Source: Ramlibacter sp.
GTDB lineage: Bacteria > Pseudomonadota > Gammaproteobacteria > Burkholderiales > Burkholderiaceae_C
NCBI GenBank assembly: GCA_046590315.1
Contig: JBKJTX010000190.1
Coordinates: 1 to 53,400, forward strand
Direction of reading: 5' to 3'
DNA length: 53,400 nt
Of the stretch, positions 9,371 to 17,888 are shown piece by piece. Position 1 is the stretch's first letter. Every line of letters begins with the position of its first letter. Both the position numbers and the translations under genes were made by a program. The notes below the pieces were generated by a model. The model was not told the origin of the DNA, did no database searches, and saw only the letters and a list, made by a program, of their open reading frames with translations.

Positions 9371-10515
9371 GGAACGAGCTCGCGGTAGGTCGCTTCGACC
9401 CGCTGGACGGCAGTCCGCAACGAATAGTCGTTCTCGATAAAGCGGCGAGCACTTAAACCGTAACCGGCCGCGAGTGCGGGATCGTCCAGCAGCCGCAGCA
9501 CGGCATCGGCAAAGCGCTGAGGTTCGAGCCCCTGGACCAGTACGCCGTTTCGGCCGCTATCCAAAATCTCGGGAAGGCCCCCGACGTCCGAGGCGACGAT
9601 GGGCAGGCCGGCGGCCATGCCTTCGCAGATCGCCAGCGGCACGCCTTCGATGTGCGCGGGATGCACCTGGAGGTCGGCTAATGCGAGCAGCGCCGGCAGA
9701 TCGACGACGAATCCGAGGAAGCGCACCCGCTCTCCGACGCCTAGCCGGTAGACGGCCGCTCGAATGTCGGCTTCAAGCGGACCCACCCCGGCCAACCACA
9801 AGAAGGTGTCGGGCCGCGCGGCGAGAATGCGCGCGAAGGTCTCGACCAGAAAGACCTGCTCCTTTTCCGGGTAGAAGCGGGCAACATTGATAAGCACCCG
9901 GTCGCTAGCGGCCACTCCTAGCGCTTCGCGCTGCTTGCGGCGCAACTCCGGCGCAAGTTCCACGCGGTGGGTCTCAAAGCCGCAGATCAAGGTTCGCACG
10001 GCGCGCTCGTCGAATCCGCGCCTGATCGTTTCGACGCGCGTACTCTCGCAATGCGCGGTGACGCAGTCAAAGCCCCGAATCACCTTGGCATCGATCCACT
10101 GGATCAGGTTGCGTTTCCAATTGTCGTAGTCGAACCAAACGTATGCAGTGGTCACCGTTTTAACCTTGAACATGCGCGACGCTACCAGCGCAACGATGTC
10201 GGCATAGCAGTTATGCGCATGGAGAATGTCAATGCGCAGTTTGCGCATCAGTCTCGCCAACTGTCTGGCAGCACGCAGCACTGGCTTGCCGCGGTGCCAG
10301 TCCACGCAGGTCACGATGATGCCGACGCGCGCGGCAGCCTCGACGAACGGCCGCTCGGTCTGGCCCGGATTGGCGAAGCAGGCCAGGTGGACCTCGAAGC
10401 GTTCGGGGTCCAACGTGCGCACCCAGTTCAGCACCGCGGTTTCCACGCCGCCGTAAGCCATGGAATGCACGAAGTGCAACACCCGTAGCCGGCGGACCCG
10501 TACCGGATCATCCAT
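9364..10515 (-). CDS. Glycosyltransferase family 4
   Basis: Start refined to ATG 10515. LRVLHFVHSMAYGGVE, NVARFYPEK, EGVPLAICEGMAAGLPIVASDVGG. Confidence 0.9.
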   Translation of the reverse strand: MDDPVRVRRLRVLHFVHSMAYGGVETAVLNWVRTLDPERFEVHLACFANPGQTERPFVEAAARVGIIVTCVDWHRGKPVLRAARQLARLMRKLRIDILHAHNCYADIVALVASRMFKVKTVTTAYVWFDYDNWKRNLIQWIDAKVIRGFDCVTAHCESTRVETIRRGFDERAVRTLICGFETHRVELAPELRRKQREALGVAASDRVLINVARFYPEKEQVFLVETFARILAARPDTFLWLAGVGPLEADIRAAVYRLGVGERVRFLGFVVDLPALLALADLQVHPAHIEGVPLAICEGMAAGLPIVASDVGGLPEILDSGRNGVLVQGLEPQRFADAVLRLLDDPALAAGYGLSARRFIENDYSLRTAVQRVEATYRELVPC

Positions 10516-11338
10516 CAGGCTGCTCCCTATCCTGGCGTTTCCCGACTCGTGCGAGCACCACGCCTGAAATTTTTGTCTGCAAGCCGAGGAGCATCCGCTG
10601 CATGTCGCGCAACTCGCCTTTCTGTGAGACCCCGCCACGCAGGACCACGACCACGCCGTCGCAGCGCGACGCGGTCACGGCAGCTTCCGGATGGCGCAGG
10701 ACGTCGCCGAGATGCACGAGCGTGTAGCGGTGCTGGCTGCGGTAGCGGTCGATCACCGCCGCCGCTTCGGGTGACATGCACGCGGACACGAAATCAATGT
10801 CGCTTTGCCCGGCCGGGACGACGCTGAGCGCGTCCACCTTGGTGACTAGCGCGGCGGTAGTTGTGACGCCGTGCTGAATGGCGTCGATGAAGCCAGGAGC
10901 TGCCGGCGTCCCGAGGAGCCGGTGAAGAGTAGGCGCCCGCAGATTGGCATCCACTGCCAGTACCTGCCCCTGCTCCATGACCGCCATGGCCACCGCCACT
11001 TCGGTGGTAGCCACCGCCGCGTCCTCGCCGACTGTGCCCGCGAAACCAATCACATTGCCGGCTGCCGCATGCACCACCTTCAACCGCGCGGCCAGGCGTA
11101 TGCCTTCTTCCGACAGCGGCAGTTCGATGCCCGCCATGTGGCGCAGCACCGCGCTGATCTGGCGCGATGTCAACAATCCCCTGTCCAGCAAGAGCGAGCC
11201 GATGGGGCTGGACGTTAAGCCCTGACTGCGCTCGCGTGCCTGCACCGACAACACCTGCTCAACGTGATCGGCACTGATGAAGCCCAGGTGCACCGCGGCG
11301 GCACCGAACAGCGGGGGCTGCGCCAGATTCTTTGTCAT
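10508..11338 (-). CDS. EpsG/CpsD-CapB-like BY-kinase-fold protein with N-terminal MshEN-like repeats; Walker A degenerate
   Basis: Start refined to ATG 11338. VLAVDANLRAPTLHRLLG (Walker A'), LSVVPAG, CDGVVVVLR and KISGVVL match the CpsD/CapB fold; P-loop region reads FAGTVGEDAAVA with no Lys. Confidence 0.7.
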   Translation of the reverse strand: MTKNLAQPPLFGAAAVHLGFISADHVEQVLSVQARERSQGLTSSPIGSLLLDRGLLTSRQISAVLRHMAGIELPLSEEGIRLAARLKVVHAAAGNVIGFAGTVGEDAAVATTEVAVAMAVMEQGQVLAVDANLRAPTLHRLLGTPAAPGFIDAIQHGVTTTAALVTKVDALSVVPAGQSDIDFVSACMSPEAAAVIDRYRSQHRYTLVHLGDVLRHPEAAVTASRCDGVVVVLRGGVSQKGELRDMQRMLLGLQTKISGVVLARVGKRQDREQPDG

Positions 11339-11416
11339 TGCTATCCCGTACTTGTTTGTCCACCATTCATGGCATCGGCATCCATGGCCTCCATGCACAA
11401 GCGGTGCCGCTTCCTC

Positions 11417-12556
11417 TCAAGTCTTGCGGCGGTGCACCGTGATGGACGCACTATTCGGCAGCGGCACGCGCGGCTGTCCTTTACTTGGGTGGTACGCGAA
11501 AATATCGCACGTGTCGCACACCGTCGGGCTGCGCTTGTCGATCTTTTCTGCAGAGAACAGCGAACGCGCGGACTGGAACTTCTCGTTGTTCCAAAGCGGG
11601 ATCAGATCGATCGGCGCGTCGGTGAGTTGGGCAAAGTCGCGATTTTTTTTGTACACCACGCAGCAGGGCGAGACGCCGCCGTCGGCGTTCACCACCATAG
11701 ACCGGTACAGGTAAAAACACGGGCTGGGCTTGCCCGCTTGCCCGAACTGCTGCTCGGTATGATCGCTTTCCTTGCGCCCCTTCACTTTGTCGGGAAACCA
11801 GATGTCGGCAACTTCCTTGCGGTTGCGGAATTCGAATGGCATGCCGACCGGGATGAAGCGGATCAGGTCGACGCCGAACTCCTTCGCCATCAACTCGGCC
11901 TTGGCGATCTCGTGCTCGTTCTGCTTCATTACGATGAACTGCCATTCAACGACTGGCGTCTTTTTGCCGCGCGCATTGCGCCGTCGGATCAGTTCGACCA
12001 TGTTGTCGACGACGCGCTGCCAATCGCCTCGAATGCGGTACTGGGAATAGGTGTCTTGAGATGCACCGTCCAGGGAAACAACCAGATACTCCAGGCCGGA
12101 GTCGATCATGTTGTCCAGGTCTTCCGAGGTCGCGATCACGAGGTTGGAACTCAGATTAGTACCGACGTTGCGCGATTGCGCGTAGTCGATCATCTTGAAG
12201 ACATCCTTGTTGAGCAGCGACTCTCCCCAGTTATGCACATAAGCCTCAAAGAGGTACGGCACGTGCGGATCAATGTAGTGCTTGAAGTGATCCAGAGACA
12301 TCATGCTCTGGTCGCGTCCGAGGTCATTTAAGCCTGTCGGGCATAGCGGGCAGCGCAGATTGCAGAAGTTGCAGGGATCGATGATCAGCAGGTAGGGGTG
12401 GCTGGCCACTCGCACGCGGCGCCTCAGCCGCTCGTACTCCACACGTGCAAGATTGGCAAGCTTTTTTGGGGTTCCATGCTGCATCACCGAGCGGAGATGC
12501 CGTGCGTTGCGCGTGTACTGCGGGACCTTCTGAAGCAGTCTTTCAGCCAGTGACAT
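11417..12556 (-). CDS. Radical SAM protein with C-terminal SPASM/Twitch domain
   Basis: CNFCNLRCPLC (CxxxCxxC), NWGESLL, VSLDG; C-terminal PCFYLYRSMVVNADGGVSPCC...CDTC. Confidence 0.9.
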   Translation of the reverse strand: MSLAERLLQKVPQYTRNARHLRSVMQHGTPKKLANLARVEYERLRRRVRVASHPYLLIIDPCNFCNLRCPLCPTGLNDLGRDQSMMSLDHFKHYIDPHVPYLFEAYVHNWGESLLNKDVFKMIDYAQSRNVGTNLSSNLVIATSEDLDNMIDSGLEYLVVSLDGASQDTYSQYRIRGDWQRVVDNMVELIRRRNARGKKTPVVEWQFIVMKQNEHEIAKAELMAKEFGVDLIRFIPVGMPFEFRNRKEVADIWFPDKVKGRKESDHTEQQFGQAGKPSPCFYLYRSMVVNADGGVSPCCVVYKKNRDFAQLTDAPIDLIPLWNNEKFQSARSLFSAEKIDKRSPTVCDTCDIFAYHPSKGQPRVPLPNSASITVHRRKT

Positions 12557-13544
12557 GATGTTCAGCCTGTTCTGTCGTCCAAGGTGCCGACGCCGCCACC
12601 GGTACCTTCAAGAACCGGGCGGTGTTCGTCAAACCTTGCTCGAGCGAAACAACAGGCTTCCAGCCGAAGGCGCGCGAAGCATCGAGATTGTCGCACCAGC
12701 TGCGCATGGTTTCGGTAGGGCGCACCGAGGTGGGCCGGCATACGACCTTCTGGTGACCGCCCCACAGACGAATCGCGAGCTCGGCGAGTTCGAGCACGCT
12801 GATTTCGCGTCCGCCGCCTAACGGCACGCTGGTGCCATTGAGTTCACAGGCGTTCTCGGCGGCGCCGATAAAGGCGGCGACCGCATCGTCGATGTAGAGC
12901 GGATCGCGCGTTTGCACTCCTCCGTCGAGCTGTATCTCGTCCTGCCCGCCGGCGACGGCGCGGGACAGGAAAGTAAAGAGGTTGAAGCCCTGTCCGGGTC
13001 CATACACTAAAGTCGGCCGCAGTCCCACGGCCCGAATGCCGTGTACCCGACGGTAAACATCGATCAGCGACCAGCCTGCGGCTTTGGAAACCGCATAGGT
13101 CCCCAGCGGCTCGATCGGCTGGCCGACACGGTAGGGGACCCCTGAATTGCCATAGACTTTGGCGCTGTCGCCGTAGATCAGCGAAACCGCGGGTAGTTCA
13201 CGCAACGCTTCGAGCAGGTGGACCAGGCCCGTTAGGTTGTGCGCCAGAACGTTGTGGGTCTGCGTGCGACACTCTGGCCCGTCCGGATGGGCGGCCAGGT
13301 GGAACACAAATTGAGGCTGCGCGTTGGAGATCACGGCGCGCGTATGCTCGTCTGAGGTCAGGTCGCAGGACACCATTCGAACGCCAGGCAAGCCCTCGTG
13401 CAGCCGCCCAAGGCTGCGCGACAGGCCTGTCACCTCGGCTCCCTGAGCGGCCAGGGAACGCGCCAAATGCGAGCCGATGAAGCCACTGGCACCGGTGACC
13501 AGGACGCGCGCGCCCTTCCAGCGGCCCGGCTTGCGGGGCGTCAT
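12543..13544 (-). CDS. NAD-dependent sugar epimerase/dehydratase (extended SDR)
   Basis: Start refined to ATG 13544 (TGATG overlap with upstream stop). VLVTGASGFIGSHL, VFHLAA, YAVSK (YxxxK), LRPTLVYGPG, RDPLYIDD. Confidence 0.9.
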   Translation of the reverse strand: MTPRKPGRWKGARVLVTGASGFIGSHLARSLAAQGAEVTGLSRSLGRLHEGLPGVRMVSCDLTSDEHTRAVISNAQPQFVFHLAAHPDGPECRTQTHNVLAHNLTGLVHLLEALRELPAVSLIYGDSAKVYGNSGVPYRVGQPIEPLGTYAVSKAAGWSLIDVYRRVHGIRAVGLRPTLVYGPGQGFNLFTFLSRAVAGGQDEIQLDGGVQTRDPLYIDDAVAAFIGAAENACELNGTSVPLGGGREISVLELAELAIRLWGGHQKVVCRPTSVRPTETMRSWCDNLDASRAFGWKPVVSLEQGLTNTARFLKVPVAASAPWTTEQAEHHVTG

Positions 13545-14245
13545 CAAAATGCCCCGTCGCGCATCAACACCTTCTTCAGGGTCTCGAACAGGACCCACAG
13601 GTCGTACCTGACTGAACGCTTCTGGATGTACTCGAGGTCGTAGTCCACAGTTTGATAAAACTTCAGTCGGCCACGACCGAAGATTTGCGCTGGCCCGGTC
13701 ACACCCGGCCGCACACTGAACTTCAGCAGCATCTCGTCGTGGTAGTAGCCCATCATTTCGGGAATTTCCGGCCGAGGACCGACAAGCGCCATGTCCCCCG
13801 TGAGTACGTTCCAAAAATTGGGCAGCTCATCCAGGCTGGTATTGCGCAGCCAAGCGCCTTGGCGTGTCACACGCGGGTCGTTGTCGACCTTGAACTTCAA
13901 CTCGCCCATTTCTTCCGGAGAATATTTGTAGGCATAGAGCTCAGGAAAGCGAGTGCGCGCGTCCGCATACAGAGTGCGAAACTTGACGAAGGTGAACGGC
14001 TTGCCGCCCTTGCCGATGCGTTTCTGGAAGAAGAGCACCGGGCCTGGACTGTCGAGTCGGATGATGAGCGCAATCAACAGCATCAGCGGCAAGGTCACCA
14101 CCAGCACGATGACGGCGAAGGCAACCTCGAACAGGCGCTGCCCAAGCGATACGTTGCCAGGCGTTGCGTCCAGTTGCCGCCGAATAGTGTTCGGCAGACC
14201 TACGGCGCCGTCGCTGACGGCTTGTCCACCAAATGATTCACTCAT
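13544..14245 (-). CDS. Priming phosphoglycosyltransferase (bacterial sugar transferase, PglC/WcaJ C-terminal type)
   Basis: DSPGPVLFFQKRIG, KFRT, DPRVT, LRNTSLDELPNFWNVLTGDMALVGPRPE, VRPGVTG; GGAGGAG Shine-Dalgarno. Confidence 0.93.
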   Translation of the reverse strand: MSESFGGQAVSDGAVGLPNTIRRQLDATPGNVSLGQRLFEVAFAVIVLVVTLPLMLLIALIIRLDSPGPVLFFQKRIGKGGKPFTFVKFRTLYADARTRFPELYAYKYSPEEMGELKFKVDNDPRVTRQGAWLRNTSLDELPNFWNVLTGDMALVGPRPEIPEMMGYYHDEMLLKFSVRPGVTGPAQIFGRGRLKFYQTVDYDLEYIQKRSVRYDLWVLFETLKKVLMRDGAF

Positions 14246-14276
14246 CGCTCCTCCCGGGTTGTTGCTTCAATCTGTA

Positions 14277-14292
14277 AGCACGAACTGCGCCG
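14277..14292 (-). promoter_or_regulatory. Putative sigma54 (-24/-12) promoter of the polysaccharide operon
   Basis: Minus strand CGGCGCA-GTTC-GTGCT; GG and GC have the exact -24/-12 spacing; 32 nt upstream of the first gene's ATG. Confidence 0.55.
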
Positions 14293-14914
14293 ATCGTTAC
14301 AGATCTGTGAGGCATGAGGACGCGTGTAGCGCTTTCATGCCACCTGTGTGGCGCCAAAGGAGATAGCTCCTGATTTGGCGGACACAGGAATTCACTTAAT
14401 GTGATCGAGTTATTTCCTGTGTCTAAGGGGGCTTGTCCTATTGACTAACCGATGCTGAACGTTTAGCCGGCGCGCAGGAAGTATTGCCCGGCTCCGACTG
14501 CCAGCGTGAGATCTTGCGCCGGTTCGCGCGGGAAACGCTCCGCCGTACCCGGTGAATTCGGCGTTCTGCAGATGCCTGCCTGATTCGAGATCGCCTTGTG
14601 CGAGGCGGGTGAAATGCGGAGTCCTTTGCCAAAGTCGGACCCCATCGGCCCAGGTCACGGCGTGAGACTCGGGGCGGACGCGAAGTCTCGCTGTCGTCGA
14701 GCGTCATCAGCTCTACAAACCCTTCGCGCATGCCCTGAACGCGCGCCACAATGCGGTAGGCGTCGATCAGGTGTTGCGTCCGACATGCGTCTGTTATGTT
14801 CGTGTTAAACAACTATTGTTTTACAAGGCAAACCCTGAGTCAACCCTGACAGGGAAACGGTCAACCGCGCCGCGCCCTAAACTGCCCCACCTGCACCAAA
14901 TTTACTTCTGGAAC

Positions 14915-16045
14915 ATGTCGATCGATGCAGAACTCTTGTTCGAGCACACCTCTGATGGGGTCGTGGAACTCGATGATCAGCTTCGCATCGTTCGCGCCAA
15001 CGACCAGGCCAGTCGGCTCCTAAGAAGGCGCAGAGCGGAGCTGGTCGGCGTACCCCTTTTAAGTTTTCTCTCGGCCACTGACGCGGCAGAAAATCCGGCG
15101 GCGTCGAAATTGACCGAAGCGTTGACAAGGCGCGCTCCCGCCAAATTCGAGGCGTTTTTGCCGGGGCTGTTTGCTTGGCATTCCGTGTTGGCGGTGCCTT
15201 GGAACGGTGGACTGGTCTGTTTTGTGCGGGACATAACTGACAGGGTGCGCCGTGAACGGGACGAAGCCGTCAAAGCCATTGTGAGCAATCTGATCGCTGA
15301 CCTTCCGATTGCGATTGCGATTACTCGAGGCCGGGAGCACCGCATGGAGGTTGTGAACAACGTGGTCAGACGGTTGTGGCCCGATCGGCCCCTTGAGGGA
15401 GAGCGAGTCGAGCGAGTGGTGCCCGAGGCGAGGGCGCAGGGATTCATCGATCTCCTCGACTCGGTTTATTTGTCGGGAAAGCGATTTGAGGGCGCGGAGA
15501 TGCCGCTGTCTTGGGATCCTGATGGGTCCGGGGTTATGCGCGATGCGATCTTCAATGTCATCTATCAGCCGATCTATGGGGCTTCCGGCCAGGTCGATGG
15601 CATCGTTCACGTTGCGATTGACGTAACCACTCAAGTGGCAGAACGAAAATCCATGACGCTCTTGGCCTCGGAGCGCGCTGCCGTATTAAATCAGCTGAGG
15701 GAGGGCGCGATCATTACCGATGCGGAGGGCAAGATCACGTTCGTCAATGAAGCGGCAAAGCGGCTCCATGGAACTTCAATCCTTGGAGTAGAGCCCGAGG
15801 GCTACACCAGCGCCTACTGCCTTCTCACCGAGAACGGCGAGCCGCACCCTATCCACGAGCTTCCACTGGCCCGTGCGGTAGCTACGAATCGGCCCACCAG
15901 CGACGCGAGGTGGAAAATCCGCAGGCCGGATGGGTCGGAGATTCTTGCGATTGGTAATGCGCGACCAGTACTCGACGATCAGGGCGAGCGAATTGCGTGC
16001 GTTCTGACGATGCACGAAGTCGTCCCGCGCGCGGACCGCAATTGA
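14915..16045 (+). CDS. Stand-alone multi-PAS protein (three PAS domains, no output domain)
   Basis: Start refined to ATG 14915. PAS1 DGVVELDDQLRIVRAN...FVRDITDR; PAS2 PIAIAITRGREHRMEVVN...AIDVTTQV; PAS3 EGAIITDAEGKITFVNEAA...VLTMHEV, then stop. Confidence 0.75.
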   Translation: MSIDAELLFEHTSDGVVELDDQLRIVRANDQASRLLRRRRAELVGVPLLSFLSATDAAENPAASKLTEALTRRAPAKFEAFLPGLFAWHSVLAVPWNGGLVCFVRDITDRVRRERDEAVKAIVSNLIADLPIAIAITRGREHRMEVVNNVVRRLWPDRPLEGERVERVVPEARAQGFIDLLDSVYLSGKRFEGAEMPLSWDPDGSGVMRDAIFNVIYQPIYGASGQVDGIVHVAIDVTTQVAERKSMTLLASERAAVLNQLREGAIITDAEGKITFVNEAAKRLHGTSILGVEPEGYTSAYCLLTENGEPHPIHELPLARAVATNRPTSDARWKIRRPDGSEILAIGNARPVLDDQGERIACVLTMHEVVPRADRN

Positions 16046-16147
16046 TTTCGTGGCACGCGAGAAACTGGAGCGCTCGGCTGGTCGCGGTCTAACTTGCACT
16101 TGGTGCATGAATGCTGCATAATTGCTGCATCACTCTCGGAGCACTCT

Positions 16148-16546
16148 ATGGCATTTGGAATCACGCCAGCAATGATCGGCGGCGCCTTTCCGCTGGTCGA
16201 GCAAATCGCTGAAGACAACGAACCGGCCCTGCTCTCGCCGAACAAATATATCAGCGTCATGCATCTGGACGTAGGCACGTTCGCCAAAAACGCCGGCGTG
16301 CACCGCAATACAGTGGCGCGCGCGCCGCAAGCGGTCAGTGTGCAGAAACACCTGCAGGACAATGTACGGGTGATGGCAGCCTGCTACTACGCAGGCGGCC
16401 AGGATCTGGCGCGAGCGATCCGGTGGTACCGTCACGAGCCGCTGGCACCATTCGATTTCAAGACGGCCGAAACTCTCGTTGCCGAGGGTCGAGCGGATGA
16501 TGTGGTGCGGCTGATCGAATCCTACGAAGCGGGCCCCGCTGGATGA
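16148..16546 (+). CDS. Xre/MbcA/ParS-family antitoxin
   Basis: HTH-like FAKNAGVHRNTVARAP; C-terminal AIRWYRHEPLAPFDFKTAETLVAEGRADDV; ATGA overlap with the RES gene. Confidence 0.8.
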   Translation: MAFGITPAMIGGAFPLVEQIAEDNEPALLSPNKYISVMHLDVGTFAKNAGVHRNTVARAPQAVSVQKHLQDNVRVMAACYYAGGQDLARAIRWYRHEPLAPFDFKTAETLVAEGRADDVVRLIESYEAGPAG

Positions 16547-17064
16547 TCCAGGTCTCGCTTGACCAAGGGGTTTACTATCGCTTGAACACGCCAAGGTGGG
16601 CACACCAGCCCACCAGCGGGGCAGGGGCGGCTAAGAACGGCGGCCGACTGAATCGCCCCGGCATCGAAGCTCTTTATCTTTCGCGAGAGCTGGAAACTGC
16701 AGTCGCCGAGTATCGGCAACTGTCTTCGCTGCTGCCGCCCGCCACCGTAGTCACCTACCGCGCTACTCTCGGCAAGGTGATTGACTTCTCTGGCGGTTTC
16801 AGTCGTGCTTGGGACCCCATTTGGGAAGACCTCGGTTGCGACTGGCGCGCACTCGCTTTCAAGGACAAGGTCGAGCCTCCGAGCTGGGTCATCGGGGACA
16901 TGTGCCTGGAGGCAGGCGCCCAAGGCATTCTTTTCCCGTCAAGCGCACTCCCGGGCGGTGTCAATCTCGTCGTCTTTAACAGCGCAGTACGGGCCGGCAC
17001 GGACCTTGTCGAGCCTTTCGACCCGGACAAGGCCCTGCCCAAGGACGCAAAGTCCTGGGCTTGA
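16543..17064 (+). CDS. RES-domain toxin (NAD+-consuming family)
   Basis: YYRL, GAAKNGGRLNRPG, LYLSRELETAVAEY, GILFPS, GGVNLVVF (R-E-S residues). Confidence 0.88.
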   Translation: MIQVSLDQGVYYRLNTPRWAHQPTSGAGAAKNGGRLNRPGIEALYLSRELETAVAEYRQLSSLLPPATVVTYRATLGKVIDFSGGFSRAWDPIWEDLGCDWRALAFKDKVEPPSWVIGDMCLEAGAQGILFPSSALPGGVNLVVFNSAVRAGTDLVEPFDPDKALPKDAKSWA

Positions 17065-17111
17065 TCGCTGGCCCGTCATTTCGCACGAGCACTCTCTTCC
17101 GGCAACTCATT

Positions 17112-17780
17112 GTGAAACCTCAAGGACTCGTTCGAAAACGCCTGCAACGTGGGGAATCGGTCTCGCGCGATCCCGACGCACAGCAGGATTCGGGCCCTTC
17201 GGGTACCGCTGCACAAGCGCTGCTTGCCTCGGCGCTCCGGCTGTTCGCCGATCGTGGGTTCCACGGAACCACGATGCGCGACATCGCCCTGGACGCCGAA
17301 ACCAGCGTCTCTCACGTCTACTACTACTACCCGTCGAAGGCGGACATTCTCAAGTCCATGCTGCTGCAGATCGTGCGCGACCTGCTTGCCGACCTGCGCG
17401 GTGCTCTGGACGAGGCGGGCCCGGGTGCCGTGGCGCGGCTGCGCGCCTTGGTGATCGCCGAGGTCCGGTTTCACTGCGAGCGTCGTCGCGAGGCATTCGT
17501 CGGGCGGGCCGAACTGCGAAGCCTGCGTCCCGAAGACCGGCCGGAAGTCATCCAACTCTACGACGAGGTCACGGCGCTTTTCCGGCGCGAACTTGCGCAG
17601 GGTGTCCAGTCCGGAGTTTTCACCGACGCCTACGAATTGGAGATGACGAACGCCATCCTCACCATGTGCCTGGGCGTCTCGACCTGGTATCGCGAGGGAG
17701 GGGCGCTCACGTCCCGGCAGATTGCGCAGCGCTACGCGGATCTGGTGCTGCGAATGGTGCGGACCCAAGCTGCCGCCTAA
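17112..17780 (+). CDS. TetR/AcrR family regulator (KstR2-like C-terminus)
   Basis: ALRLFADRGFHGTTMRDIA...VYYYYPSKADIL HTH; ELRSL and STWYREGG. Start uncertain (GTG 17112 chosen). Confidence 0.85.
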   Translation: MKPQGLVRKRLQRGESVSRDPDAQQDSGPSGTAAQALLASALRLFADRGFHGTTMRDIALDAETSVSHVYYYYPSKADILKSMLLQIVRDLLADLRGALDEAGPGAVARLRALVIAEVRFHCERRREAFVGRAELRSLRPEDRPEVIQLYDEVTALFRRELAQGVQSGVFTDAYELEMTNAILTMCLGVSTWYREGGALTSRQIAQRYADLVLRMVRTQAAA

Positions 17781-17888
17781 CGCGCATCGCCGCTGCTCCG
17801 CTCTCGGCGTGCGGTTACACGGGAATGCCTAAATCGCTACGTAAGGAAAACACGTAGAACAAAAACGCGCCGATTCGCGTAGAATCGA

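Noticed and set aside
14328-14344. Second sigma54-like element (minus strand TGGCATGAAAGCGCT)
   Set aside because: GG-to-GC spacing is one base short of the strict requirement.
14438-14812. 124-aa minus-strand ORF in the intergenic junction
   Set aside because: No recognisable domain or clear ribosome-binding site, and its C-terminal half is low-information and Arg-rich.
14827-14865. GGCAAACC...hairpin...GGG resembling a c-di-GMP-I riboswitch start
   Set aside because: It lacks the GNRA tetraloop and the following GACGCAAAGC-type junction and second stem; an Infernal hit would be needed to accept it.
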